The notes under the pieces were generated by a model. It was not told where the DNA came from. It made no database searches and saw only the letters and a list, made by a program, of their open reading frames with translations. A DNA stretch of 32,000 nt from Methanocaldococcus jannaschii DSM 2661 (GTDB taxonomy: Archaea > AGJL01 > Methanococci > Methanococcales > Methanocaldococcaceae): positions 90,001 through 122,000 of the forward strand of contig NC_000909.1 in assembly GCF_000091665.1 (NCBI RefSeq). The letters run 5' to 3'. Below, piece after piece: positions 7,988-16,957 of the stretch. Position 1 is the stretch's first letter. Each line of letters begins with the position of its first letter. Made by a program: the position numbers and the translations under genes.

Positions 7988-9259
7988 ATGATAACCGACG
8001 TTAAAAACAAAGATAACACATTAATCCTTGAAATAAACAAAATTTATGAGATTGAAGTTGAAATTCCTTATGAAGAGGTTGAAATTGATGGCTCAATAAT
8101 AAAAATTAATGCTCATCCAAAAAGAGCTGAAAATATAAAGGTTGGGATTTTAAACTTAATTTCTTATAGCATAGCTAACAATTTAAAGAGCAAAATAACA
8201 AAGAGAAAAACTATATATATAAATGAGCCAATTCCTCTAATAGGGCATACTGCCTTTGGTTTAATTGAAAGAGGTAGAAATATAATCCAAGTTAGAGGGC
8301 ATTGTGGCTGTAATTTAAACTGCATATTTTGCTCAGTGGATGAAGGAGAGTTTTCTAAAACAAGAAAAAATGATTACTATGTTGATTTAGAGTATTTAAT
8401 TGAGAATTACAAAAAGATTGTTGATTTTAAGGAAAATAAGTTTATTGAGGCACATTTAGATGGGCAGGGAGAGCCAAGCCTTTATTATCCATTAGTTGAT
8501 TTAGTTCAAGAACTGGCAGAGATAAATAAAAAAGGTAATGGTATCGTTTCCATGCAAACAAACGGGACAGTTTTAAATTATAAACTAATAGATGAGTTAG
8601 AAGAGGCCGGGTTGCATAGGATAAACTTATCTATCAATGCCTTAGATGAAAAAATGGCTAAAATGCTCTCTGGTAGGAGAGATTACAATATTAAGAAGAT
8701 TTTAGATATTGCTGAATATATAAAAAACTCTAAGATTCATCTATTGATTGCTCCCCTTTTATTGCCAAACATAAACGATGAGGAATTTAAGAGAGTTATT
8801 GAGTATGCTGTTGATTTAGAGCAGAAAAATCCTCAAAACATTATTAATCCATTAACCGGGAAAAAAGACCCCATTTTAGGTTGCCAACTTTGTAGGGTTT
8901 ATCAATTAGGTAGAAGACCTAAAAAAATGAAGGTTTGGGATTTTGAGAAGTTTTATTATTTGTTAGGGAAATATGAGTTAGAATATAAGAAGAAAGGTAT
9001 AGAGGTTAAGCTCATAACTTCACCAAAGGATTTTGGAACGCATAAGAGGAAAAGATTGCCTTATCCATTCAAAGTTGGTGAGGTAACAAAAGTAAAAGTT
9101 GTTTTAGATGGAAGAGTTAAAGGAGAAGTTTTGGGAGTTGCTAAGGATAGGGTAATTCAGATAATTAACTGCAATAATGAACAAAATCTAATAGGGAAGA
9201 CAGTTAAAGTGAGAATTTTGAGAAATAAGGATAATATAATAGTTGCAGAATTGGTTTAA
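7988..9259 (+). CDS. Radical SAM protein (MJ0103-like) with C-terminal TRAM-like domain
   Basis: CxxxCxxC motif in GHCGCNLNCIFCSVDEGEF, downstream radical SAM motifs, and C-terminal GVAKDRVIQIINCNNEQNLIGKTVKVRI. Internal ATG at 7988 seems more likely than the track start at 7958. Confidence 0.85.
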   Translation: MITDVKNKDNTLILEINKIYEIEVEIPYEEVEIDGSIIKINAHPKRAENIKVGILNLISYSIANNLKSKITKRKTIYINEPIPLIGHTAFGLIERGRNIIQVRGHCGCNLNCIFCSVDEGEFSKTRKNDYYVDLEYLIENYKKIVDFKENKFIEAHLDGQGEPSLYYPLVDLVQELAEINKKGNGIVSMQTNGTVLNYKLIDELEEAGLHRINLSINALDEKMAKMLSGRRDYNIKKILDIAEYIKNSKIHLLIAPLLLPNINDEEFKRVIEYAVDLEQKNPQNIINPLTGKKDPILGCQLCRVYQLGRRPKKMKVWDFEKFYYLLGKYELEYKKKGIEVKLITSPKDFGTHKRKRLPYPFKVGEVTKVKVVLDGRVKGEVLGVAKDRVIQIINCNNEQNLIGKTVKVRILRNKDNIIVAELV

Positions 9260-11234
9260 AAGTGGTGATAGCTTGAATTTAGTTGATTTATACGTAAAGA
9301 AATTCATGGATTTGATTGAGATTGAGAGAAGATGTGAGATGGATTTTCATAAAAATGAGATTATTAAATTAGGCAAAAAGAGAGAGAATGTTGGAAGAGC
9401 AATTTTAAATTTAAAAGGGAAATTTTTAGGAGAGAGCTTAGGTTGCACCATTGTAAGATTTGGGAGAAAAAAGCCATTTAAAACAGAAATATCTCCGGGA
9501 GACGTTGTTTTAGTTAGTAAAGAAAACCCATTGCAGAGTGATTTATATGCGAATGTCATATACGTAGGAAAGAACTTTATAGATGTTGCCTTTGATGTTG
9601 ATGTCCCAAAATGGGTTTATAAAGAAAGAGTAAGAGTTGATTTATACGTAAATGACATAACATTTAAAAGAATGAAAGAAGCTTTAAGAGAATTTGCAAG
9701 AAAGAGGGATAAATTAGCTTATATAATATTAGGCATTGAACACCCAGAAAAACCTTTAAGAGAGGACATCAAATTAGAGTTCTATGATAAAAATTTAAAT
9801 GAATCACAAAAATTAGCAGTTAAAAAGGCAGTTTTAAGTAGGGATTTGTATTTAATTCACGGCCCTCCAGGAACTGGAAAGACAAGAACTATAACAGAGG
9901 TTATCGTCCAAGAGGTTAAATTTAACAAACATAAGGTTTTAGCTACAGCAGATTCAAACATAGCAGCAGATAACATCTTAGAGTACCTAATAAAAAAATA
10001 TCCAGATTTAAAAGTTGTTAGGGTAGGGCATCCAACAAGGATTTCAAAGGATTTGATTCAACACTCTCTCCCCTATCTAATTGAAAATCATGAGAAATAT
10101 CAAGAAATCCTAGCTTTAAGAGAGAAGATTAAAGAAATTAAAGAACAGAGGGATAAATTTTTAAAGCCCTCCCCAAGATGGAGGAGAGGAATGAGTGATG
10201 AGCAGATTTTAAAAGTAGCTAAAAGAAAGAAATCCTACAGAGGGATTCCTAAGGAAAAAATCGTTAGTATGGCAGAATGGATTATAAGAAATAAAAAGAT
10301 TAAAAGAATCATCAATAATTTGGATGAAATTACTGAAAAAATCATGAATGAGATTTTAGCAGAGGCAGATGTTATCGTAGCAACAAACTCTATGGCTGGT
10401 TCAGAAATTTTGAAAGGCTGGGAGTTTGATGTGATTGTTATTGATGAAGGAAGCCAAGCAATGGAGCCTTCTTGCTTAATTCCAATTGTTAAAGGAAGAA
10501 AGCTAATCATGGCTGGAGACCATAAGCAATTACCACCAACAGTTTTAAGTGAGAATGAAGAGCTAAAAAAGACTTTATTTGAGAGATTGATTAAAAAATA
10601 TCCAGAATTTTCATCAATATTGGAGATTCAGTATAGAATGAACGAAAAAATCATGGAATTCCCAAATAAGATGTTTTATAACAACAAATTAAAGGCAGAT
10701 GAGAGCGTTAAAAACATCACTTTATTAGATTTAGTTAAAGAGGAGGAGATTGATGAGGTTGATAGAGATATTATAAACGAAATCCCAGTTCAATTTATAA
10801 ATGTTGAAGGGATTGAAAGGAAAGATAAAGAATCTCCATCTTATTACAACATAGAAGAGGCGGAGAAGGTTTTAGAGATAGTTAAAAAACTTGTAAAGTA
10901 TAAGATACCAACAAACGTTATAACTCCTTACGATGCCCAAGTTAGGTATTTGAGGAGGTTGTTTGAAGAGCATAACATAGACATAGAGGTTAATACAGTA
11001 GATGGATTCCAAGGAAGGGAGAATGAGGCTATAGTTATCTCATTCGTTAGAACAAAGAACTTTGGATTTTTGAAGGATTTGAGGAGGTTGAATGTTGCCA
11101 TAACAAGAGCTAAGAGAAAGCTAATTTTGATAGGCAATGAAAATCTATTGAAGCAAGATAAAGTCTATAATGAAATGATAAAGTGGGCAAAATCTGTTGA
11201 AGAAGAACACAAAAATAAAATTATCCAAAAATAA
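9243..11234 (+). CDS. Superfamily 1 helicase, Upf1/Dna2-like
   Basis: Walker A HGPPGTGKTRTITE, VIDEGSQAMEP, GDHKQLPPTV, QYRMNEKIMEFPN, TVDGFQGRENEAIVISFVRT, LNVAITRAKRKLILIG. Start codon uncertain. Confidence 0.93.
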   Translation: MQNWFKSGDSLNLVDLYVKKFMDLIEIERRCEMDFHKNEIIKLGKKRENVGRAILNLKGKFLGESLGCTIVRFGRKKPFKTEISPGDVVLVSKENPLQSDLYANVIYVGKNFIDVAFDVDVPKWVYKERVRVDLYVNDITFKRMKEALREFARKRDKLAYIILGIEHPEKPLREDIKLEFYDKNLNESQKLAVKKAVLSRDLYLIHGPPGTGKTRTITEVIVQEVKFNKHKVLATADSNIAADNILEYLIKKYPDLKVVRVGHPTRISKDLIQHSLPYLIENHEKYQEILALREKIKEIKEQRDKFLKPSPRWRRGMSDEQILKVAKRKKSYRGIPKEKIVSMAEWIIRNKKIKRIINNLDEITEKIMNEILAEADVIVATNSMAGSEILKGWEFDVIVIDEGSQAMEPSCLIPIVKGRKLIMAGDHKQLPPTVLSENEELKKTLFERLIKKYPEFSSILEIQYRMNEKIMEFPNKMFYNNKLKADESVKNITLLDLVKEEEIDEVDRDIINEIPVQFINVEGIERKDKESPSYYNIEEAEKVLEIVKKLVKYKIPTNVITPYDAQVRYLRRLFEEHNIDIEVNTVDGFQGRENEAIVISFVRTKNFGFLKDLRRLNVAITRAKRKLILIGNENLLKQDKVYNEMIKWAKSVEEEHKNKIIQK

Positions 11235-11235
11235 A

Positions 11236-11580
11236 TTAATACATTCTAAATGTTATCTCTACATGGATGGATTCATATTTAACACATTTAGCAAATCCCA
11301 ACATTTCCAATTGAACCCTTCCAGCTATAATTTCCTTCTCTTCAAAGCCGTTTATCATTTGAGGGACTAAAGAGACATTTATAACCCTTCCTAAAATTCC
11401 TTCAGTTCCATTCCTCAAATCTTCCCTAAGTGTTGATGTTATAAAAACCAAATCTCCTTCTTTTAGGTTTTTAACTGTCTCTAAGTTTAATGCATTGATT
11501 ATAGTGAATGTCTTTATATGATTTTCAATAAAATCATTAATTGCATTTTCATTAATTCCAAATAATCCATAAACCTTCAT
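11236..11580 (-). CDS. Conserved hypothetical protein (about 114 aa)
   Basis: MKVYGLFGINENAINDFIENHIKTFTIINALN..., preceded by GGTGGT. The first 38 residues of the track ORF come from element B and are probably not coding. Confidence 0.7.
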   Translation of the reverse strand: MKVYGLFGINENAINDFIENHIKTFTIINALNLETVKNLKEGDLVFITSTLREDLRNGTEGILGRVINVSLVPQMINGFEEKEIIAGRVQLEMLGFAKCVKYESIHVEITFRMY

Positions 11581-11639
11581 AATACCACCAAAATACCAAT
11601 TCGAAAGTTTTAGCATATTCAAACAATATAAAATCTTCA

Positions 11640-11836
11640 GATTGGACATTAATTGGGACTGAAAGTCCCAACTTAATGGACGTGTGGTATCCACACCATA
11701 AAGGGGCTACGCCCCTCTTGGGATACTCCCCTAATATTGCTAATTTACACCTCCGAGCATAAGCGAGGAGGTGTTAGGTTTTGATGAACCTTTTACTAAA
11801 AGGTTCATACCAATAGGAGGTTTCCTCCTATGGTAG
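11640..11836. repeat. Modular hairpin-chain element B
   Basis: CATTAA-TTGGGACT-gaa-AGTCCCAA-c-TTAATG 11647-11678, GTGTGG-tat-CCACAC 11682-11696, AGGGGC-tac-GCCCCT 11702-11716, CACCTCC/GGAGGTG 11748-11773, TGAACCTTTT-act-AAAAGGTTCA 11785-11807, ATAGGAGG-ttt-CCTCCTAT 11813-11831. Ends at the PAC2 gene stop. Confidence 0.85.
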
Positions 11837-12553
11837 TTAAATGTACATTGGATATTCCTTTCTACTCTTTGACATCATCTTTAAATGTTGCTCTGCCAGT
11901 TCTTTAAGTTTGTTTTCAATAGCTTCAGCCTCTTTGATGAGATTTTCAATATTTACATTTAGATTGAACATTTTATTCAAAACCTCTAATAGATTAGCCC
12001 CCCCTCTTGGGTCTGGTCTAATTCCAACAGTTTCAGCCAACAAACCAATAGCATCAAACCCATTGTCATGGCATTTTATTAATAAATTTCCCCCCATTCC
12101 TCCCACAACTCCAAAATCAAATATTTCAACATAATTTTTTAAATCTTCTATCAACTCTTCTTTATTTGCTATTCCAAATACTTTTTCTGATTTTCCTGCC
12201 ATTATTCCTCCAAGAGAAACAAATAGTTTTGGATTTTTGTTTGAAAATGTTTTAACTATAAACTCCGCCAATCCATTAATCTTAAATGGAGAGATTATTA
12301 TATCTGAAAATAAAATAATAAAATCTTTGTTTGCATACGCTCTCACTGGAGGGTAGGGAATGCCTTTCTCAATAGTTGTGAGTGGAAGGATTCCATCAAC
12401 TTCAAAGTATCCAAAATATTTTAGGTTTAGGTCTTTTATTATTTGAAAACCTGCTATGCTTCCAACTAATCCAGTTCCAGGAAATGCTTCAATAACTATG
12501 GGATTTTCAAACTCTATTTTTGCTTTTTCTACGAACTTCATACTATCCACCAA
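11837..12553 (-). CDS. PAC2 family (proteasome assembly chaperone-like) protein
   Basis: IVIEAFPGTGLVGSIAGFQII, VSLGGIMAGKSEKVFGIA, and LLAETVGIRPDPRGGANLLEVLNKMF are family hallmarks. Confidence 0.88.
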   Translation of the reverse strand: MVDSMKFVEKAKIEFENPIVIEAFPGTGLVGSIAGFQIIKDLNLKYFGYFEVDGILPLTTIEKGIPYPPVRAYANKDFIILFSDIIISPFKINGLAEFIVKTFSNKNPKLFVSLGGIMAGKSEKVFGIANKEELIEDLKNYVEIFDFGVVGGMGGNLLIKCHDNGFDAIGLLAETVGIRPDPRGGANLLEVLNKMFNLNVNIENLIKEAEAIENKLKELAEQHLKMMSKSRKEYPMYI

Positions 12554-12607
12554 ATTTAGCTAAGTATAAATTATGTTTTAATTTAATTACATTTATAGTT
12601 TTCATTT

Positions 12608-12698
12608 TAAGACTTTCGCAGTATTATATATTAAAAGGCATTTAGATGCCCTTAAGCATAAATTTTCTTTAAAAAATTTATTTCTACGAAAGTCCTAA
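12608..12698. repeat. Inverted-repeat element
   Basis: ttaagactttcg / cgaaagtcctaa, 11 of 12 complementary, inner hairpin around aaggca...tgccctt. Termini resemble 2077-2203. Confidence 0.5.
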
Positions 12699-12732
12699 AT
12701 CTTATATTGACTATGAAAGTTTGAGGGAGATT

Positions 12733-14298
12733 ATGAAAATTCTAATAATCACTGGAAAATTAGCTGAAAGGAAAGTTAAAGATGCTGTGAAAAAATATGA
12801 TTTTATAGATGTGCATGTAGCAAATATCTCTGTAGCTGCTTTTTTAACACCTAATTTAATAATTAAAGAAATTAAAAAATTAGAAAACAAATTAGGAAAA
12901 AAATTAAAAGATATTTATGATTTTGTTTTAGTAACTGGGTTGATAAGACATGATTTAAAGAATGTTGAGGAAGAAACCGGAATAAAATGCTTTAAATCTA
13001 CAAGAGAAGCTTCTGATATTCCAATATTGATTGAAAATCTGGATAAGATAAAACTATCAACTAAAGAGTATGCCGATTTGCAGTTATTAGAAATTATTAG
13101 AAAGAAATGTGAGGAGGAGATTAAGAAAGCAGAGGAGCAGGAATTAGGAGAAGGAGATATAAAGATAGGCAAATTAAAAGTTGGAGATAAATTCCCAATG
13201 AGAGTTTTGGGAGAGATAGTCCATGCCCCATGGCTAAAAGAGAAAGAGTTGGAGGAGAAAATAATATATTACTTAGAAAGTGGGGCTGATATGATTGATT
13301 TGGGAATGGTTAGCAATGAAAATAATGCAGATAAAATTAAAGATATGCTAAAGATAGCGAGAGATTTAACTGACAATCCAATTAGTGTAGATACATTAAA
13401 CACAAAAGAATTAATTGAGGCAATAAATTTAGGGGCAGATATGATTTTGAGTGTTGATGCTGGGAATTTAGATGAGCTAATTCCATATTTAAAAGATTCA
13501 GAAACGGCAGTTGTTGTTCTGCCAACAAATTATAAAACAAACTATGTCCCAGAGACTATTGAAGGCAAAATTAAATCCTTAGAGGAGAATATAAAAAAGC
13601 TAATAGATGCTGGAATTGAAAAAATAGTTGCTGACCCAATATTAGAGCCAATAAACAATGCCGGATGCAGTTTTATAGAGAGCGTTATTGCATGTAGAGA
13701 ATTTAAAAAAAGAAATAAATTGCCACTATTTTTTGGTGTTGGAAATGTTACAGAGCTTTTTGATGCTGATAGTAATGGAGTCAATGCTTTGTTAGCAGCT
13801 ATTGGGGCTGAGATTGGAGCTAATATATTATTTACACCAGAGGCAAGTGCTAAGTGTAAATTTTCAATAAAAGAGTTAAAGATTGCCTCAAAGATGATGT
13901 TTTTGGCTAAAAAAAGGAACTCTCTGCCAAAGGATATTGGCTACAATTTGATAAATTATAAGGATAAAAGATTTGAGGAGGAAATAACCTTCAATAGTTA
14001 CAATATCCCAATAATTAAAGCTGAAGAAGATGAGAGGCAGATATTGGATGAAGGAAGTTTTAAAATAGAAATTGATAGGAAGAACAAAGAGATAGTAGCA
14101 ATATACTTTAATAAAAGAAGAGAACCAGTTTTAATAATTAGAGGAAAGAAACCAAAAGAAATTTATGAAACCGCGATAAGATTAAATTTAATAAAAAAGT
14201 TAGACCATGCATCTTATTTTGGTAGAGAGTTAGCTAAGGCAGAGATTGCTTTAAGGATAGGTAAAAAATACAATCAGGACTTTGATTTGTTCCTATAA
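12733..14298 (+). CDS. Dihydropteroate synthase-related protein (MJ0107-like)
   Basis: TIM-barrel pterin-binding motifs YYLESGADMIDLGM and NPISVDTLNTKELIEAINLGADMILSVDAGN, with an N-terminal extension starting MKILIITGKLAERKVKD. Confidence 0.85.
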   Translation: MKILIITGKLAERKVKDAVKKYDFIDVHVANISVAAFLTPNLIIKEIKKLENKLGKKLKDIYDFVLVTGLIRHDLKNVEEETGIKCFKSTREASDIPILIENLDKIKLSTKEYADLQLLEIIRKKCEEEIKKAEEQELGEGDIKIGKLKVGDKFPMRVLGEIVHAPWLKEKELEEKIIYYLESGADMIDLGMVSNENNADKIKDMLKIARDLTDNPISVDTLNTKELIEAINLGADMILSVDAGNLDELIPYLKDSETAVVVLPTNYKTNYVPETIEGKIKSLEENIKKLIDAGIEKIVADPILEPINNAGCSFIESVIACREFKKRNKLPLFFGVGNVTELFDADSNGVNALLAAIGAEIGANILFTPEASAKCKFSIKELKIASKMMFLAKKRNSLPKDIGYNLINYKDKRFEEEITFNSYNIPIIKAEEDERQILDEGSFKIEIDRKNKEIVAIYFNKRREPVLIIRGKKPKEIYETAIRLNLIKKLDHASYFGRELAKAEIALRIGKKYNQDFDLFL

Positions 14299-14304
14299 TG
14301 AATT

Positions 14305-15648
14305 TTGGTGGGAATGATGAGAAAAACTAAAATTTTAGTCACTTTAGGACCATCCTTAGAAAATAAATTAGATAAAGCAATAAATTTGATAGATGGAGTT
14401 AGATTTAACATGTCTCATGCCACAACAGATTATTGTGAAAAGTTTTTGAATATATTGGAAAAAAATAATATCGCCAAAGTTATGGATTTGAAGGGAATAA
14501 AAATTAGAATTAAAGAAGTTAAATTAAAAAATAAAATATTAAAAATGGGGGAGAAGGTTGTTATTGGAGAGGATATAAAGCTCAACTACAATATAGACAC
14601 AATTGAAGAAGGGCATTTTATTTTAATAAACGATGGGAAAATTAAGCTAAGAGTTGTAGAAAAAACTGATAAAATTATCGCAGTTGTAGAAGTTGGGGGA
14701 GAGATTAAAGAAGGTATGGGAGTTAATCTTCCAGATACAAGGATAGAACTCCCAATAATTGATGAAACTGATTTGAAGAATATAAAATTCGCTGTAGAAA
14801 AGGACTTTGAATATATTGCTTTATCATTTGTTAGGAATAAGGAAGATGTTAAGGAATTAAAAGATATTATATCAGAATACAAAGGAGATTGTGAGGTAAT
14901 ATCAAAAATAGAAACTAAGGAGGGATTAAAGAATATAAAAGAGATAGCAAGAGAAAGTGATGGAGTGATGGTAGCAAGGGGAGATTTGGGTGTAGAGGTT
15001 CCAATAGAAAATATTCCAATTGAACAAAAGAATATATTGAGAATAGCTAATAGATATGGAATTTTGTCAATAACAGCCACACAAATATTGGATTCTATGA
15101 TAAACAATCCATTTCCAACAAGAGCTGAGGTTACAGACATAGCTAATGCCATATACGATGGAACTGACTGCTTAATGCTCTCCAACGAAACAACTATTGG
15201 AAAATACCCAATAGAGGCGATAAAGGTATTAAATAAGGTTGCCAAAGTGGCAGATGAACATTATGAGGAGTTTGGTGATAGAGTTTGTTTAGAGGTTGAG
15301 AGCATTGATGAAGGTTTAGTATATGCTGTTTATGAGCTATATAAGAAGCTAAATACTAAGTTAGTTATAACTCCAACATATTCTGGAAGAACTGCTAAGT
15401 TAATATCTAAATTAAGGATAAATAGTAAAATAATAGCTCCAACGCCAAATATAAGAACTTTAAAAAGGTTGAGATTGGTTTGGGGAGTTGAAAGCTGTTT
15501 GATGGAAGAATTTGATGATATGGAGAAAATAATCAACACCTGTAGAGAAATGGCTAAAAAAGAAATTGGAAAGGGGATTTACTTAATCACATTAGGTCAT
15601 CCAATAGGTCAAAAGAAAACTAACACTATAAAAGTTGAAAGTATCTAA
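14305..15648 (+). CDS. pyk: Pyruvate kinase
   Basis: TKILVTLGPS, DGVRFNMSHA, DGVMVARGDLGVEVPIE, ATQILDSMINNPFPTRAEVTDIANAIYDGTDCLMLSNETTIGKYP. Confidence 0.97.
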   Translation: MVGMMRKTKILVTLGPSLENKLDKAINLIDGVRFNMSHATTDYCEKFLNILEKNNIAKVMDLKGIKIRIKEVKLKNKILKMGEKVVIGEDIKLNYNIDTIEEGHFILINDGKIKLRVVEKTDKIIAVVEVGGEIKEGMGVNLPDTRIELPIIDETDLKNIKFAVEKDFEYIALSFVRNKEDVKELKDIISEYKGDCEVISKIETKEGLKNIKEIARESDGVMVARGDLGVEVPIENIPIEQKNILRIANRYGILSITATQILDSMINNPFPTRAEVTDIANAIYDGTDCLMLSNETTIGKYPIEAIKVLNKVAKVADEHYEEFGDRVCLEVESIDEGLVYAVYELYKKLNTKLVITPTYSGRTAKLISKLRINSKIIAPTPNIRTLKRLRLVWGVESCLMEEFDDMEKIINTCREMAKKEIGKGIYLITLGHPIGQKKTNTIKVESI

Positions 15649-15660
15649 AAATATTTAAGG

Positions 15661-16419
15661 TTATAAGAGGTCTAAAATTATATCTAACATTTCTTTGCTA
15701 TTTGCTACAATAATATTCAATCTATCTGTTGCATTTAGGTCAAATTTCAGTTCATCTCCATTTTCATCTGTTATTAAGGCTCCTGCTTCTTTGCAGATTA
15801 TATATGATGAGGCAATATCAACAGCTCTAACCTTAGGTCTTACATCAAAAACAGCATCTAAAGTCCCTTTAGCTACATAACACATTTCTAAACCAAAAGC
15901 TCCAAATATTCTCACTCTTTTAACTTTGTTCCTTAATTTTTCTAAATCTATTTTTTTGCTTGGATAGTAGCTTATAACTATATTATTTGGATTGAAGTCT
16001 TTAACTTTAATCTTTCTTCCGTTTAAATAAGCTCCTTTTCCTTTATATGCCTCATAAAAACTTTTAGTTAAAAATTCGTAGGTTAAGCCATAATATGGCT
16101 CATTATTTTTAAATACTCCAAAGCAGAATGCAAAAAATGGAATTCCATTTATAAAATTAAAAGAACCATCTATTGGGTCAATAACTACAGTCCATTCGCT
16201 ACTGTTATCTATAACACCCAACTCTTCACTCACGATATTAACATTCAGCGATTTTAAATATTTTAAGGCAATATCTTCACTAATTTTGTCAAAAATTTCT
16301 GTTTCATCTCCGCTTGGAGAAGTTCCAACAACGTAAGATTTATCTTTTCTTCCAAAATATGGTAAAATTTCTTTTTCAATCTCTTTTGCAATATTTTTCC
16401 CAATTTCATCCCATTTCAT
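15661..16419 (-). CDS. suhB: Inositol monophosphatase / fructose-1,6-bisphosphatase (MJ0109-like)
   Basis: WTVVIDPIDGSFNFINGIPFFAFCFGVF, MCYVAKGTLDAVFDVRPKVRAVDIASSYIICKEAGA. Confidence 0.93.
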   Translation of the reverse strand: MKWDEIGKNIAKEIEKEILPYFGRKDKSYVVGTSPSGDETEIFDKISEDIALKYLKSLNVNIVSEELGVIDNSSEWTVVIDPIDGSFNFINGIPFFAFCFGVFKNNEPYYGLTYEFLTKSFYEAYKGKGAYLNGRKIKVKDFNPNNIVISYYPSKKIDLEKLRNKVKRVRIFGAFGLEMCYVAKGTLDAVFDVRPKVRAVDIASSYIICKEAGALITDENGDELKFDLNATDRLNIIVANSKEMLDIILDLL

Positions 16420-16479
16420 TTTCTCATCCTATGCTTTATTTTTAAATTTAAATATACAAAATAAGATAATAGTCAATAT

Positions 16480-16528
16480 CTAAGATTTCTTCATCTCTTC
16501 CTTTATTTTAAGATAGGTTATCGGTATC
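16480..16528 (-). pseudogene. Second, diverged copy of the SemiSWEET-like gene 3' end
   Basis: Minus strand reads AIPITYLKIKEEMKKS* versus WIPITYLKIRDEMRKS* at the intact gene end. About 40 of 49 nt match 16611-16659. Confidence 0.85.
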
Positions 16529-16610
16529 GCAAGCATATAGAGGAACCTCTATTACTATACTCCGAGTGGGCTTTACTATGTTCAGCCCCACTTTCTATAT
16601 TTAGCTTTCA
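16529..16610. repeat. Hairpin element F between gene 3'-end copies
   Basis: ATAGAGG-aa-CCTCTAT (16537-16552), analogous to the ATAGG hairpins of A-E, then AGTGGG-CT...AG-C-CCCACT (16565-16592). Confidence 0.6.
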
Positions 16611-16892
16611 TTAAGATTTTCTCATCTCATCTCTTATTTTCAAATAAGTTATCGGTATCCAAAACATTAAAGACAAAATGTTAAATACTATTATTGGGTA
16701 ATCATTTCTTAATATTCCATATATTAACCAGAGTGTCAGTCCAGTTGTGAATGTTATAACAAAAGCTAATGAGATGTTGCTCATATCTTTCTCCTTCAAA
16801 GACTTTATTAATTGGGGGAGAGATGCAAAGGTTGTTAAAGTTCCAGCAATATAGCCGATAACAGTTATATCAAAGTCCATATTAATCACCAC
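16611..16892 (-). CDS. SemiSWEET / MtN3-saliva family small membrane protein
   Basis: IGYIAGTLTTFASLPQLIKSLKEKDMSNISLAFVITFTTGLTLWLIYGILRNDYPIIVFNILSLMFW, a single MtN3-type three-helix unit with the PQ motif. Confidence 0.9.
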   Translation of the reverse strand: MVINMDFDITVIGYIAGTLTTFASLPQLIKSLKEKDMSNISLAFVITFTTGLTLWLIYGILRNDYPIIVFNILSLMFWIPITYLKIRDEMRKS

Positions 16893-16957
16893 AAATGTTA
16901 TAAATTTTAAAAGAGTTTGTTAAAATTTACCAACTTATATAGGTATAGGTGGGATAA

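Noticed and set aside
11600-11660. Duplicated PAC2-gene 3' end left of element B
   Set aside because: Only a weak attgga-att similarity, not above chance in AT-rich DNA.
11581-11694. N-terminal 38 residues of the track ORF at 11236..11694
   Set aside because: They derive from element B hairpins (MDTTRPLSWDFQSQLMS...). The ATG at 11580 with upstream GGTGGT is a better start.
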